A DNA stretch of 64,000 nucleotides, from positions 29,946,001 through 30,010,000 of the forward strand of contig OZ024755.1 in NCBI GenBank assembly GCA_964016885.1, in the 5' to 3' direction. The DNA is from Eledone cirrhosa. Taxonomy: Eukaryota. This document shows positions 50,331-64,000 of the stretch, one piece after another (the stretch's first letter is position 1; the number at the start of each line of letters is the position of its first letter). The translations under genes were made by a program, and so were the position numbers. The notes beneath the pieces are model-generated. The model worked only from the letters and a program-made list of their open reading frames with translations, ran no database searches and had not been told where the DNA came from.

Positions 50331-52084
50331 TGTTTTGGTTTGATGCAGTCTACTAACAAGCTGCACATAAATGTATAACACAGACCAAATGACAAAACCC
50401 TCCCTCACATCACACTCAACTGTCTTAATAAATAGAAATACATATACTAAATAATTGTTTCTACTTTAGGCACAAGGCCAGCAATTACCCAGTGCATTAC
50501 TGGTACTTTATTTTATCGACCCCGTAAGGATGAAAGGCCAAGTCAACCTCCACCACCATATACTAGATAATATTAGATAATATAGATCTAGATATCCCCC
50601 AAAGCAGGGGTCTAATTACTAGAATGTCTCTCATTTTGTCTGCTCAATCAAGCTTGAACTGAAGCTCAAGAAGAATAACATAGTGAAACAAAACTTGATA
50701 GGAAATCATTAACAATCCAACTATATACAGAGTTTCCTACAAATCTAAATGATTATAGGAATCTATATTGGTCGTAAAACAATGCAAAAAAATAACCAGA
50801 AATTTCCCTTTATTGAGGACGGCAAACTGGAGAAACTTTCCACAGTTGTGATAACAAATTATCAATACTATTATTCCTGTCTACAATAAAATGCCAGTAA
50901 CATACGTCACCTACAATCTATTTACTCAAAAGATAGTCCATTTCTTTATTGTTAACTATTACACCTCTTCTTTATCAGTTAATTATGTATGTAAGATATG
51001 AAAGCCATATGCAAACAAGGGGTAGATTCTGAACCTCCCACATTGAAACAATACAAAGAATAAGGCGTGGAGTAACAACACCACAAACACTAGCAGCCAT
51101 TACAATTACAGTAATACAAGGACAAAGATAGAATAAGATTTAAGTAAGTTAACAGCGACCCCCTCCCACTCTCTCTCTCTCCTTATGTTGGCACTAGAAA
51201 AATATAGGAAATTAATAAAGGACATAATAAAAACAAATATTTAACACGGCAACACAAATACGCTTGACAACAAAAAAATTATGCTTATGAGCACAACAGG
51301 CAAAAGGAAGACAGATAAAATCAATTGAAAAGCATTGATAAGTCCACAGAAGTGGGATAAAAAAAACTTTGAAAACCAATTAAAAAGTTAACAGTTGAAA
51401 ATACAGAAATATATTACAACTTGTGTGCTCTAATTGAGTAATTGTTGATCTCACTTTATTTCACATTGCTCCAGTTTACTCAGCTGTAGAAATGATATGA
51501 TAGGGACCGGGGTCCCTATCATTCCACTGCAAAGTGGTCGTGGAGGTGCCACGGCAAAAAAGCACCCAGCCCACACTGTCAAGTGGATGAGTAGGCGCCA
51601 CGGAAAAAAAGCACCCAGCACTCACTGTAAATGAGGTTGGTGTTAGGAAGGGCATCCAGCTGTAGAAATCAAGCCAGAGTTAGTTCTCGTCCCACCCTTG
51701 CAAGCAGGGAAAAGCAGATGTAAAATGATGATGATGATGATGATGATTACTTGATATATACTGTTGTATTTTTGTGGTAAAGACTTTATCTTACATAATT
51801 ATCTCACTTAATATTGAATCTATGAGATTTTTATGTTATATACTTTGAGAACAATACCTTTACATCAGTTTGAGCAGCCAGTTATGACCAGCTTGAACAG
51901 AAAGAGATGAGTTCATTGTGTATTTGTTTTTATTCATTTAGAGATCAGTTGGGCCTCTGCTACTGATACAGTACTTTAGATTCTAGCTTGAATTTTAAGC
52001 CCCTCAAAAGTAATATCCATGTAGTGGTCAACTCTATAAAGTTAACCTCAATAAATCATCTAAAAATTTGACTTTTCCATGAGG

Positions 52085-52122
<38 letters not shown>

Positions 52123-52209
52123 TATCATCATCATCATCATCATCATGTTTTGGGTAATAAACACACACGCAAACACACACACATATAGGAGCGTCTATAT
52201 ATATATACA

Positions 52210-52260
<51 letters not shown>

Positions 52261-52351
52261 AATATGTATGTGTGCACATATGTATACACACATATATATA
52301 AACACACACACGCAAACCCACACATATAGGAGCGTCTATATATATATACAG

Positions 52352-52384
<33 letters not shown>

Positions 52385-52721
52385 GTATATAAATATATAT
52401 GTGTGCACATATGTATACACACATATATATAAACACACACATATAGGAGCGTCTATATATATATATATACAGTATATATATATAAATATGTATGTATGCC
52501 ACTGTAAAGTGGACGTGTAGGCGCCACGAAAAAGCACCCAGCACTCACTGTAAATGAGGTTGGTGTTAGGAAGGGCATCCAGCTGTAGAAATCAAGCCAG
52601 ATCAGTTCCTGTATGAGCAAGGCATGGTCAGCCAACCAGACACTGCACACAACAGGACAACCCGTCTAACCCATGCTAGAGTGGAAGAACGGACGTAAAA
52701 CGGTGATGATGATGATGATGA

Positions 52722-53175
<454 letters not shown>

Positions 53176-53178
<3 letters not shown>

Positions 53179-53385
53179 GGAACGAGTAGGACCCCGACGG
53201 CTGAGCTCAAGCCATTTCGACGGCTAATTCTGGACTAAATAGATTTAGTCCAGAATTAGCCGTCGAAACGGGTTGAGCTCAGCCGTCGGGGTCCTACTCG
53301 TTCCTATTACCCACTCTACTACCCTAAGTATTGAGTACTTTGGTGCGTTATGGTCCACCTGGTTCCTTACCACATTTCCTTTGTT
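53176..53385. mobile_element. Fold-back repeat unit in (TA)n (family also at 5148-5305 and 60748-60853)
   Basis: 53176-53240 is inverted against 53243-53307; the unit continues CCCACTCTACTACCC...GGTTCCTTACCACATTTCCT. Confidence 0.75.
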
Positions 53386-53689
53386 ATATATATATATACA
53401 TATATGTATATATATATATATATACATATATGTATATATAAATTTGAAAAGTAGTTGTCCCAACGCAATGACTATAACAATAGAAGACCACTTCCAGTTA
53501 CAGGTGTAAATCTTCTAAAAGATGGTAATCGTTTTCAGGGATCCCTAGGAGTAATAGTCAACACCTTTGATCAGCAGGTGCGGGTTCAGTTTCTGGCAGG
53601 TGCCTCTGTCCAGCTTGATCATCCCGTCGGTTACTTTTCCTAATTTTCTCAACTATGGTCATGAATCTTGAGTAATGACCGAAAGAATA

Positions 53690-55880
53690 TGACTGCGAAT
53701 ATAAGGGGATGAATTGGGATTCCTCCGAAGGATCTTTGGAGCAATGTTATTCGATAAAGTGTGTAACTCGGAGATCTGAGAGTCACTCCAGGCAGAGTCA
53801 CTATTTCTCCAAATTGAGAGATCACAGCTCCCATACTATAGGTATGTGGTTAGAATGTCTCAGGAAAGAATCACTTGACAGATTTATAGCTCGGGGATCA
53901 GAGAGTCACTTCAGGTAGAGCTGCTATTTCTCCAAATTGAGAGATCACAGCTCCCATACTATAGGTATGTTGTTAGAATGTCTCAGGAAAGAATCATTGG
54001 ACAGATTTATAGCCAGATCAGAGAGTCACTTCAGGTAGAGCTGCTATTTCTCCGAATTGAGAGATCACAGCTCCGATACTATAGGTATGTGGTTAGAATG
54101 TCTCAGGAAAGAATCACCTTTATAGATTTATAGCCAGATCAGAGAGTCACTTCAGGTAGAGCTGCTATTTCTCCAAATTGAGAGATCACAGCTCCCATAC
54201 TATAGGTATGTGGTTAGAATGTCTCAGGAAAGAATCACCTTTATAGATTTATAGCCAGATCAGAGAGTCACTTCAGGTAGAGCTGCTATTTCTCCAAATT
54301 GAGAGATCACAGCTCCCATACTATAGGTATGTGGTTAGAATGTCTCAGGAAAGAATCACCTGACAGATTTATAGCTCGGAGATCAGAGAGTCACTTCAGG
54401 TAGAGCTGCTATTTCTCCAAATTGAGAGATCACAGCTCCCATACTATAGGTATGTTGTTAGAATGTCTCAGGAAAGAATCACCTTTATAGATTTATAGCA
54501 AGATCAGAGAGTCACTTCAAGTAGAGCCGCTATTTCTCCAAATTGAGAGATCACAGCTCCCATACTATAGGTATGTGGTTAGAATGTCTCAGGAAAGAAT
54601 CACCTGACAGATTTATAGCTCGGAGATCAGAGAGTCACTTCAGGTAGAGCTGCTATTTCTCCAAATTGAGAGATCACAGCTCCCATACTATAGGTATGTG
54701 GTTAGAATGTCTCAGGAAAGAATCATTGGACAGATTTATAGCAAGATCAGAGAGTCACTTCAAGTAGAGCCGCTATTTCTCCGAATTAAGAGATCACAGC
54801 TCCGATACTATAGGTATGTGGTTAGAATGTCTCAGGAAAGAATCATTGGACAGATTTATAGCAAGATCAGAGAGTCACTTCAGGTAGAGCTGCTATTTCT
54901 CCAAATTGAGAGATCACAGCTCCCATACTATAGGTATGTGGTTAGAATGTCTCAGGAAAGAATCATTGGACAGATTTATAGCAAGATCAGAGAGTCACTT
55001 CAAGTAGAGCCGCTATTTCTCCGAATTAAGAGATCACAGCTCCGATACTATAGGTATGTGGTTAGAATGTCTCAGGAAAGAATCATTGGACAGATTTATA
55101 GCAAGATCAGAGAGTCACTTCAGGTAGAGCTGCTATTTCTCCAAATTGAGAGATCACAGCTCCCATACTATAGGTATGTGGTTAGAATGTCTCAGGAAAG
55201 AATCACCTTTATAGATTTATAGCCAGATCAGAGAGTCACTTCAGGTAGAGCTGCTACTTCTCCAAATTGAGAGATCACAGCTCCCATACTATAGGTATGT
55301 GGTTAGAATGTCTCAGGAAAGAATCATTGGACAGATTTATAGCAAGATCAGAGAGTCACTTCAAGTAGAGCCGCTATTTCTCCGAATTAAGAGATCACAG
55401 CTCCGATACTATAGGTATGTTGTTAGAATGTCTCAGGAAAGAATCATTGGACAGATTTATAGCAAGATCAGAGAGTCACTTCAGGTAGAGCTGCTATTTC
55501 TCCAAATTGAGAGATCACAGCTCCCATACTATAGGTATGTGGTTAGAATGTCTCAGGAAAGAATCATTGGACAGATTTATAGCAAGATCAGAGAGTCACT
55601 TCAGGTAGAGCTGCTATTTCTCCAAATTGAGAGATCACAGCTCCCATACTATAGGTATGTGGTTAGAATGTCTCAGGAAAGAATCATTGGACAGATTTTA
55701 TGGGCCAAACCAACCAGCATGAGACCTAGGCGTAAACCATGATCAAGATGATTGGATAACATCCATGAGCTGGTCACACTTTGGGGATCTAGCTGGATCA
55801 GTTGGAGTCGGTTGCTTCTGAGAGGACCTGCTAGAGGGAGTCTTTGAGGGTTCTGCCGCCACGACCCTCTCAGGAATAAG
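53690..55880 (+). mobile_element. RTE LINE 3' fragment with internal ~120-bp tandem amplification (~16 units)
   Basis: Unit encodes IRESLQVELLFLQIERSQLPYYRYVVRMSQERIIGQIYSK; the array exits into QILWAKPTSMRPRRKP*SRWLDNI. Confidence 0.9.
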
Positions 55881-56585
55881 TGGGCAACAAGAAGACTAAT
55901 ATTAGATTCATTTACCTGGGTCTGACTAAATTTATATTTCACATTTTATTAATATTTATGTCAACCGAATGTGCAATGATATGATTTAAGTGGCTAACTG
56001 AACACACATATGCTCTCCACCTCGTTTCTTACTCTTTTTACACTCCTCTATTTCTTCTTTTAATTCTCATTCTATATTCTGATGAAGGACAAACATAGGA
56101 AACATTAAACCTCTTTTCTAATATATATCTTCATTATACTCTATCGTTTTGTTATCGGTAGAGGGTCGGACGCCATGCTTTCAAGCATAGTTACGTCCCT
56201 TTATGATCTGAGTTCAAATCCCGCCGAGGTTGACTTTGCCTTTCATCCTTACGGGGTCGATAAAATAAAGTACCAGTAATACACTGGGATAATTGCTGGC
56301 CTTGTGCCTAAAGTAGAAACAATTATACTCTATCGTTTTGTTGTGTTGTGTTGTGTTGTCTTCCATTTAATTTTCGCACACACACACTCACACACACACA
56401 CACACACACACACCACACACTCACATATATACATGTATGTATGTGTTTGTGTGTGTGTGTGTGTGGGCGTGTGTTTGTATAGTTACTGTAGTCACACAAA
56501 AGGGGTGTACTTTACATATACGTGTGGTAACAACAAAAAAAAAAAAAACTTGTTTAAAGGTGTTATAAATCAATATAATCAATAT

Positions 56586-56631
<46 letters not shown>

Positions 56632-56870
56632 ACACATACACACATACACACACACATACACACACATACACACACATACACATATACACGCATACACACG
56701 CGCATACACACACACGCATACACACACACACACGCATGCATACACACACATACACACACATTCACATATACACGCATACACACACACACGCATACACACA
56801 CACACACGCATGCACACGCATACACACACACACACGCATGCATACACACGCATACACACACACACACAGT
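56586..56870. repeat. (CA)n-rich microsatellite
   Basis: CA/CATA/CACG array. Confidence 0.95.
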
Positions 56871-56954
56871 AACAGCCCTCTCCCTTCTACTCATATGTCT
56901 GCTTGTGTACACATGTGGTAGCTAGGATGCTTTCACTTAACGTTTTGATAAGCT

Positions 56955-57159
56955 CATGATAATGGTGATGATGATGATGATGGTGATGGTGATGATGATG
57001 GTGATGGTGAGGGTGAAGGTGATGGTGAGGGTAAGGGTGAGGGTGATGATGAGGGTGGGGGGTGATGATGGTTGTGATGGTGATGGTATTGTTGATAAGC
57101 AGGGTGATGCTGATGATGATGATGATGATGATGACAATGATGATAATGATAATGATGAC

Positions 57160-57197
<38 letters not shown>

Positions 57198-57565
57198 GGA
57201 AGCTGATGATGATGGTGATCCTGACAATGATGATGATGATGATGATGACGATGTCGATGACAATGATGGTGACAATGACGATGATGATGATGACGACGAT
57301 GATGAGGAAGCTGATCGTGACAATGACGATGATGATGATGTTGCTGATGATGATGATGTTGCTGATGATGATGATGTTGCTGATGATGATGATGTTGCTG
57401 ATGATGATGATGTTGATGATGATGATGTTGCTGATGATGATGATGTTGCTGATGATGATGATGTTGCTGATGATGATGATGTTGATGATGATGTTGATGA
57501 TGATGTTGCTGATGATGATGATGTTGCTGATGATGTTGCTGATGATGATGATGATGATGATGATG
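56955..57565. repeat. (GAT)n-rich trinucleotide array
   Basis: GAT/GGT/GTT/GCT variants; source of poly-D/M/S/I ORFs. Confidence 0.95.
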
Positions 57566-57604
57566 CTAGAGTAGAAATGACACGGCATCTGATAAAAAGC
57601 TTTC

Positions 57605-59010
57605 CGTTCGACTTCACCTCCTCCCACCCAACCCACACCAAACACTCCATACCCAGTTCCCAATTCCTCCGTCTTCGTTGACTCTGTAGCCAGGACGACC
57701 CATTCCTTTCGCATGACTTCCTGCTTCATGCAGCATGGATTTGCCCCCCACCCTGATCCATGCTGCTCTCACCCACGCCCGGGAAACAGACCGCACCACA
57801 GCCCTCTCACCTCACACCCCGCCCTCCCAACACCCGTGTTCCTTTCCCCCTCACCTACCACCCGATCACCCTACCACTCCGGCGACATATCCTCCGTCCC
57901 TTCCGTATCCTCTCCTCTGACCCCGCCACTTCTCGCTTTTTTCCCAAACCCACCCATTACTGCTTTTAAGCGCGCCCGCAACCTCCTCAACCTCCTGGTT
58001 CGCAGTTCCTTTTCGTCCTCTCCCACGACTCTCATCCTTGTTCCTGTTCCCGCTGCAATACTTGTCCCTTTATTTCCACCCTCACCACTCTCACCGGCCC
58101 TAACGGGTCTTTCCGTATCCGCCATTCCTTCACCTGCGCATCCACCCACGTTGTCTATGCCCTCTGGTGTTCCCTTTGCGGGTCTTTATATATCGGATAA
58201 ACGGGACGTCGTATGGCGGACCGTTTTGCCGAACATTTGAGGGACATACGACTCGGTGTGGATACTCCTGTCGCCCGTCATTTCTGTTCTCCTGGTCATT
58301 CTCCCTTATTACATGTTTCAGTCCTGGGTGTCCTTTTACATCATGGATCACAAGCCTCGCGCACCAGGACTAATCAAACCGTCCATTATCAAACCCCTAG
58401 GTTCCTATCGCTTTCTCTTGATCATTAGCAGCTTCTCTTACAACTAATACATGCCGACTATATATGCTCACTCCACTTTTCCCTTCACTGCTCTGTATAC
58501 ACACATACACACCCTTATATTAACATACTTTTGCTCATAGCTTCATACTTACATGCACACACACTTTTTTACTCACATATATACACATACATTTCTTCTT
58601 AGCTTCGTATAGACTTATAATAACACACATACAGACACATACACACAGACACATACACTCACACATGCTTACGCACGTACACAAGTATAGCTCTTTTTAC
58701 AAAACGTTTTTTTTCCCATTTCTGGTAGACGGGCTCCATCATCCACTTTTCTAAAAAATAAATCATACACAAAACGTCAGCATCAACAGTTTTGCAAGAG
58801 ATGTGAACATGAATGGACCTGTTATTTTCATCTAAAGATATATTTTCTAATTCCAACCCGCCCGTCCCCTCAATCTATTTTATTTCTCATTCTTTCTTCT
58901 GACGAAGGACTAGCGTCCGAAACGCTAAGACCCTCTTCCTGCTATATCAAGCGTTAACCTAATATAACCCTTCCATATACTGTACCGATTGTGTTGTTAT
59001 TTCAGTTTAC
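57605..59010 (+). mobile_element. 5'-truncated Penelope-like retroelement (RT thumb, CCHH-associated GIY-YIG endonuclease, pLTR)
   Basis: SSHPTHTKHSIPSSQFLRLR*LCS; AFKRARNLLNLLVRS; CSCSRCNTC...FRIRHSFTCASTHVVYALWCSLCGSLYIG*TGRRMADRFAEHLRDI...PVARHF..GH; hammerhead downstream. Confidence 0.9.
58893..58930 (+). ncRNA. Hammerhead ribozyme motif in the PLE pLTR
   Basis: CTGACGA-A-GGAC tagc GTCC-GAAA-CGCTA-AGA; degenerate sister at 56075-56112. Confidence 0.7.
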
Positions 59011-59062
59011 CTTATATATATATATATTATTGAGTAAAATTCCTTCAAAGATTTCTTATAGC

Positions 59063-59124
59063 AAACACTATGTACATTTCAGTGGCCAAGTTCCGTAAGA
59101 TCCTGGTGACATCATCAGGTGTTT
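59063..59124 (-). ncRNA. Type I hammerhead ribozyme motif
   Basis: Minus strand: AAACAC-CTGATGA-[31 nt, CCAGG..CTTGG]-GAAA-TGTACATA-GTGTTT; 6-bp stem I, palindromic stem III ATGTACAT, AUA triplet. Confidence 0.75.
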
Positions 59125-59869
59125 ATTGCATAATAAAGGAATAATGGTTATATCTATATACATGCAGAGTGAGTAACTGAGACTGCACCAATGTGTATAT
59201 AAATATACACATTTTTTTAATATGTAGGCATTAAACATGCCAGAAAACATGCCAGAAAATTATAAACACAATTAATTGATTTTCAGAACTATTTGGAAGA
59301 CCAGAAGGCATGTATATCATCCCAACAACCACGTCTTTGATGGGCTTATATAACCAATTCACTATTAGTATTATTCTGAAATGGTCGCATTAATTTGCAT
59401 ACAATTAGCACTCGTGTTGGTCATCAATTAACAAATATATTTACAAGTGCGCTAACAATCCAATTGTACAATAAATTATATTTGTATACACACAGAGTGG
59501 TTAACCGAAACTCCACCAATGTGCCTATAATCCTAATTATATACACATAAAATATATTCAAGCCAAGTTGGATGACAGGTAATCAATCTGTGGATACAAC
59601 TTACACTAGACTTATTACCTATTCTCCATCCTGGCTTGAATATATTCTATTCCATTAAGTCTATAGATGGTCACTTCTAAGCCAATGGCAGGTACCGTCT
59701 TGTAACGATAAACTCCGCCACTTGCAGACTCTGCATTAACATGTGATATCTCTCTCCACAAAGTTCGTTCACCAGCAGCAGAGTTCAAAGAGCAAGTGAT
59801 GATCTAATCTAATCTAATCTGGCCGAGTTTACCCTCGCAAATAAGAAGAACCAGGGCCGGCCCGAGGAA

Positions 59870-60300
59870 CATTGGATTTGGGGTACTTCATATTTCTTTC
59901 AGTTGCTGAATACAATCAGGGGTCACTGCTTCTCCTGAAGGTCAATAGTTCTCTTCTAACTCGAGCGAGAGCGCCTTTCCATTGTCAATTTGCATTGATC
60001 ATCTGCAAAGCCGCATTGTTCTCAGAACCACTACACCAGTCTTTCGATGCGTGCAGCTGGAACTAATGCAACCCATTGACTTGGCAGGATTTTTTTCTTT
60101 TTTTTTTAGATGGCTGTTGACTCTTATGAGTTCTTCCGCGCTTTGTCAGGTTTTGCTTCTTGCCCTGCAGGGTGTCCAAAATCAAACTCCTCACAAAGTA
60201 AACTTGGTGGGGTTGCCGGTTTAGTTGCCGACGACCCGACCATGCGACAGGTTGTACTAGGTTACATGCTACCAATAGCACTCAAGAGTTACCTGACATA
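59870..60300 (+). mobile_element. Highly degenerate CRE-like RLE fragment
   Basis: FQLLNTIRG..LLTRARAPFHCQ..LFSEPLHQS..WN*CNPL followed by a UTR similar to the CRE 3' ends. Confidence 0.45.
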
Positions 60301-60850
60301 GTGTCACGATAAAAACACTGCTTTTTGCGTTACCTTACAAACGTTCTTTTCCAACATGCCTTGAGCCAGCATGGAAGAGTAGGCTCATAAAATTAACATG
60401 AAAAAGTCACCTCAAAGATAAGCAGGTACCACTTATGTAGAAACCAGAGACTGTTGGATACCCATTGGTCATCATAATAGCCAATTTACCTTACCATCGC
60501 CACTATCAAAATATCTAGGAATTACACATTTTCTGTTGAATTTTTGAGGTTAAAACGTCAATTGTCGAGAGAAATGATCGGAATCCGCAATATTTCCTAA
60601 CAAAACCGTAGACACATTACTTAACAAAACACATTACATAACAAAACATGTAAAAATGTATAATTAAATAGTATTTTTTCTAACCACACCTTGTATGTTT
60701 TTCCTAACACATTAATTATGTATATATATTATATATATATATATTTATGAGATGGGGTGTGGTAAAAACCAACTAGACCATAACGCAACAGATATTTGGA
60801 GTAGTAGAGTGGGTAATATGAAAAGATTCAGGACCCCGACGGCTGAATCT

Positions 60851-60940
<90 letters not shown>

Positions 60941-60974
60941 ACACACACACACACACATATATATACAGTATACA

Positions 60975-61272
60975 CTGAGGATGAAAAACTCAGAGCTGTA
61001 TGGGAGCATCCCAAAAGTCAGCTCAAAAGTGACACAGGAGACTGAGGTTAGCTGGACATGCTCACCGACATCCAGAGATGACATTGCACTCAGTGCTCCT
61101 TTGGGATCCCCTACATGAACACACTAGAAGAGGAAGACCAAGGTTAACATATGTTGATGCCCGAAGGACAGACACAGGTCTGTTGGAGACACAGGACATG
61201 GCAGCGATAATGAGGGACAGAGACCGCTGGAGAGAACTCGTCCATGGATCTCGGGAATTTTACCCGCCTTAG
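60975..61272 (+). mobile_element. RTE-like LINE 3' fragment
   Basis: RRLRLAGH..RHPEMTLHSVLLWDPLHEHTRRGRPRLTYVD...MRDRDRWRE. Confidence 0.8.
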
Positions 61273-61906
61273 ATATATATACATATACATGGTCTCGTAA
61301 CTTCTGATAGAGTCGTAGGGGCGCCATATTGACATACAGCATTTCTTGGTCATCTTAAACCTGGCGGAGCCAATACCGCTCCAAATAATTTAAAGTATAT
61401 TTAGTTGCCACTTCTAGCTACCATGCAGAGGCCTCCTATATACGCGTCACGGCACACACACACAGACACAAAACACACCCACATACAGACGATCGTTTAT
61501 ACAATTTCTATGTCTTCCCTCTGTGTTTTCTGAGTTAGAATATATTTGTTCTGAATCATTCACCCGACATATTCTCACGAATCTTTCAAACCAATAGATT
61601 AAAACCTATTTATTCGACCGATCTGTTTAGATGTAGCTAATATCTTATAGTAGATATTCATATTCAAATAATGCAAATGGTTGGAGTTGTTTTCTTGCTA
61701 ATTGATGTTTTATAACAAGTCAGCCTAGTCCCACAACACCTACGATAAGAAATATTCTAGCTGTCATAACACTTCTTTTCCTTCTTTCAGAACAAGGCGG
61801 TCTTGGATTGTATTGACTTTTGGCCTTTCTTATTTCCAATCATATTTGTTTTTCAATATTTTTACGAATGTTCAAATCCCGCCGAGGTTAACTTTGCCTT
61901 TCATCC

Positions 61907-63080
61907 TGTAGCGGATAAATGTATTCTTTGATGGATGAATGATAAAAAGAATAATGCCAGAATTGTGATGTTGACTATGTTTATTTTACAATGTATTCTT
62001 TGATGGATGAATGATAAAAGGAATAATGCCAGAATTGTGATGTTGACTATGTTTATTTTACAATGTATTCTTTGATGGATGAATGATAAAAAGAATAATG
62101 CCAGAATTGTGATGTTGACTATGTTTATTTTACAATGTATTCTTTGATGGATGAATGATACATAGAATAATGCCAGAATTGTGATGTTGACTATGTTTAT
62201 TTTACAATGTATTCTTTGATGGATGAATGATAAAAAGTATAATGCCAGAATTGTGATGTTGACTATGTTTATTTTACAATGTATTCTTTGATGGATGAAT
62301 GATAAAAAGTATAATGCCAGAATTGTGATGTTGACTATGTTTATTTTACAATGTATTCTTTGATGGATGAATGATAAAAAGAATAATGCCAGAATTGTGA
62401 TGTTGACTATGTTTATTTTACAATAACAATATTCGCTTGTTGGTACATTGAGCATCGAATAACAAACTTGTGGCAGCAATTATCACTACATTATTTGTTG
62501 GCTAGCTACTTCGAGCTAGCGTGTATGCATGTATCAATACAACGACATAATAGACGTGAAATAACAGGAAGACGACAGATTAGGGAAAAACATAAGTAAA
62601 CCTACTGCGTGTGTGTTTATGTTTGTCTACCCTGTCAGGAGAGAGAAGGGGTAAAAGGTCTGCTTGTGCCTACATCGTTATCTCTCACGGACTGCTTGTT
62701 GCTTCGGGGTCTCTCTGTCTGTGGCCGAGAAGGTGAGAACCAGTGAGGCCAGGAGAGAGAGATAGAGTGAAAGGTTTGCTACATCATTAACTTTAACACG
62801 GACTGCTTGCTTCGGTCTGGCTACTGGATTTCCCAAGTCCTTGTATTTATAATAACCCTATAGCTAGAAGGATGTGTATATGGGGTTGATTTATGGGCAG
62901 CCATATGTGTTTCTTCTGTCTACAAGCTGGGGTCACAGGTCAAGTGGTATGTATGTTTATCATACTGTTTCTCGACAAGACAATCGTGGAAAACTCCCAA
63001 CAATAGGTGGTCCCAGAGGCGAGAAATCTCAGATGCGGTTTCGACTCTTCGCCGGTAAAACATAGGAGTATTCCGTTACA
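61907..63080 (-). mobile_element. Solo LTR (Gypsy-like) inserted in a family-A SINE
   Basis: Termini TGTAGCGGA...TCCGTTACA; 4-bp TSD ATCC/ATTC; SINE halves rejoin across it; TATAAATA on the minus strand at ~62850. Confidence 0.75.
61920..62423. repeat. 72-bp tandem repeat x7 within the LTR
   Basis: TGTATTCTTTGATGGATGAATGATAAAAAGAATAATGCCAGAATTGTGATGTTGACTATGTTTATTTTACAA. Confidence 0.95.
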
Positions 63081-63379
63081 ATTCTCACGGGATCGATAAA
63101 ATAAAGTATCAGTAATACACTGGGATAATTGCTGGCCTTGTGCCACAAGTAGAAACAATATTTTTACGAATGCTAATTAGGTTTCATTGCTATGTCACGA
63201 AAAAATTCTTGACATTGATTTATGTCTGCCAAACTGCCTTAAAAACATAAATATTTTATTGACCTTGGCTGTATGAATACCAATGTCACCTTCATCCGAA
63301 TTTGAATTCAGAATATAATTAGGTAGTCAAAGATGTCTACAAGTCGTGTTGGTTATAGATTTCATTATAAACACTTTCA

Positions 63380-63810
63380 GGGCAGCAGATTGGCGTCGGA
63401 CAACATTCTTCGCGGCATAGAGTTATGGGCTTTTACGTTCTGTGTTCAAGTCCCGCCGAGGTCAGCTTTGCCTTTCATCCTTACGGGGTCGATAAAATAA
63501 AGCACCAGTAATACACTGGAGTCAATTTAATCGACTTTTCCCTCCCCTTCAAACTATTGGCCTTGTGCCTAAAGTAGAAACAATTTTAAAAAGGGCGGTG
63601 GATTGGCAGTATCGGTAGAGAGTCGGACGCCATGCTTTGCAGCATAGAGTTACGACGCTTTATGATCTGAGTTCAAATGCCGCCGAAGTTAACTTTGCCT
63701 TTCATCCTTACGAGGTCGATAAAATAAAGTACCAGTCACGCACTGGGTTCGATTTAATTGACTTTCCCTTCCCCCCAAAATTGCTGGCCTTGTGCTTTTA
63801 TAAGAAACCA
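63380..63810 (+). mobile_element. Two tandem family-A SINEs
   Basis: GGCGGTGGATTGGCAGTATCGGTAGAG head, GTTCAAAT B box, GCCTTTCATCCTTACGGGGTCGATAAAA core. Confidence 0.88.
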
Positions 63811-64000
63811 TTATAAACACTTTCTGTTCTTCTGATAGTATATAAATCAGATTTTATATTTAATTCACGGCTTATTTCCTTTGCTTTATTCATTTTTAAA
63901 TTTCTTACAATCACCTCAAATCTTTGATACTTCTTTATTTATAATCTACTCTACTTGAATGGTTATAGACTACGTGCCGAATTAGAAGCATTAGAGTGTC

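Noticed and set aside
56887-57729. Poly-Asp ORF resembling an acidic shell-matrix (aspein-like) protein
   Set aside because: (GAT)n microsatellite open in most frames, typical of SINE tails here; no signal peptide or splice context; runs into a PLE fragment

Overview
Eukaryotic, AT-rich, repeat-dense DNA. The SINE/RTE/Penelope/microsatellite landscape suggests a mollusc, probably an octopus (inference). Three protein-coding loci are supported. (1) A 1.68-kb probable terminal exon of an unidentified gene (+, 11717-13400). (2) Complete EXOSC4/RRP41 (-, 3 exons, 23562-17381, 248 aa). (3) A complete INTS15/C7orf26-like gene (+, 6 coding exons, 28638-41560, 408 aa), head-to-head with EXOSC4. The rest is mostly mobile DNA: tRNA-derived SINEs, CRE-like RLE and RTE LINE fragments, an APE-LINE remnant, a Penelope-like element with a GIY-YIG domain, a mariner remnant, hAT/Tc1/pogo/piggyBac-type MITEs, a non-autonomous Helitron and a solo LTR. 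Several minisatellites were amplified from pieces of these elements. The most notable signal is a set of sequence-unrelated minimal hammerhead-ribozyme motifs, several in fold-back units embedded in (TA)n. Most ORFs in the supplied track are microsatellite or minisatellite artefacts. All calls come from reading the sequence by eye; no search was run.
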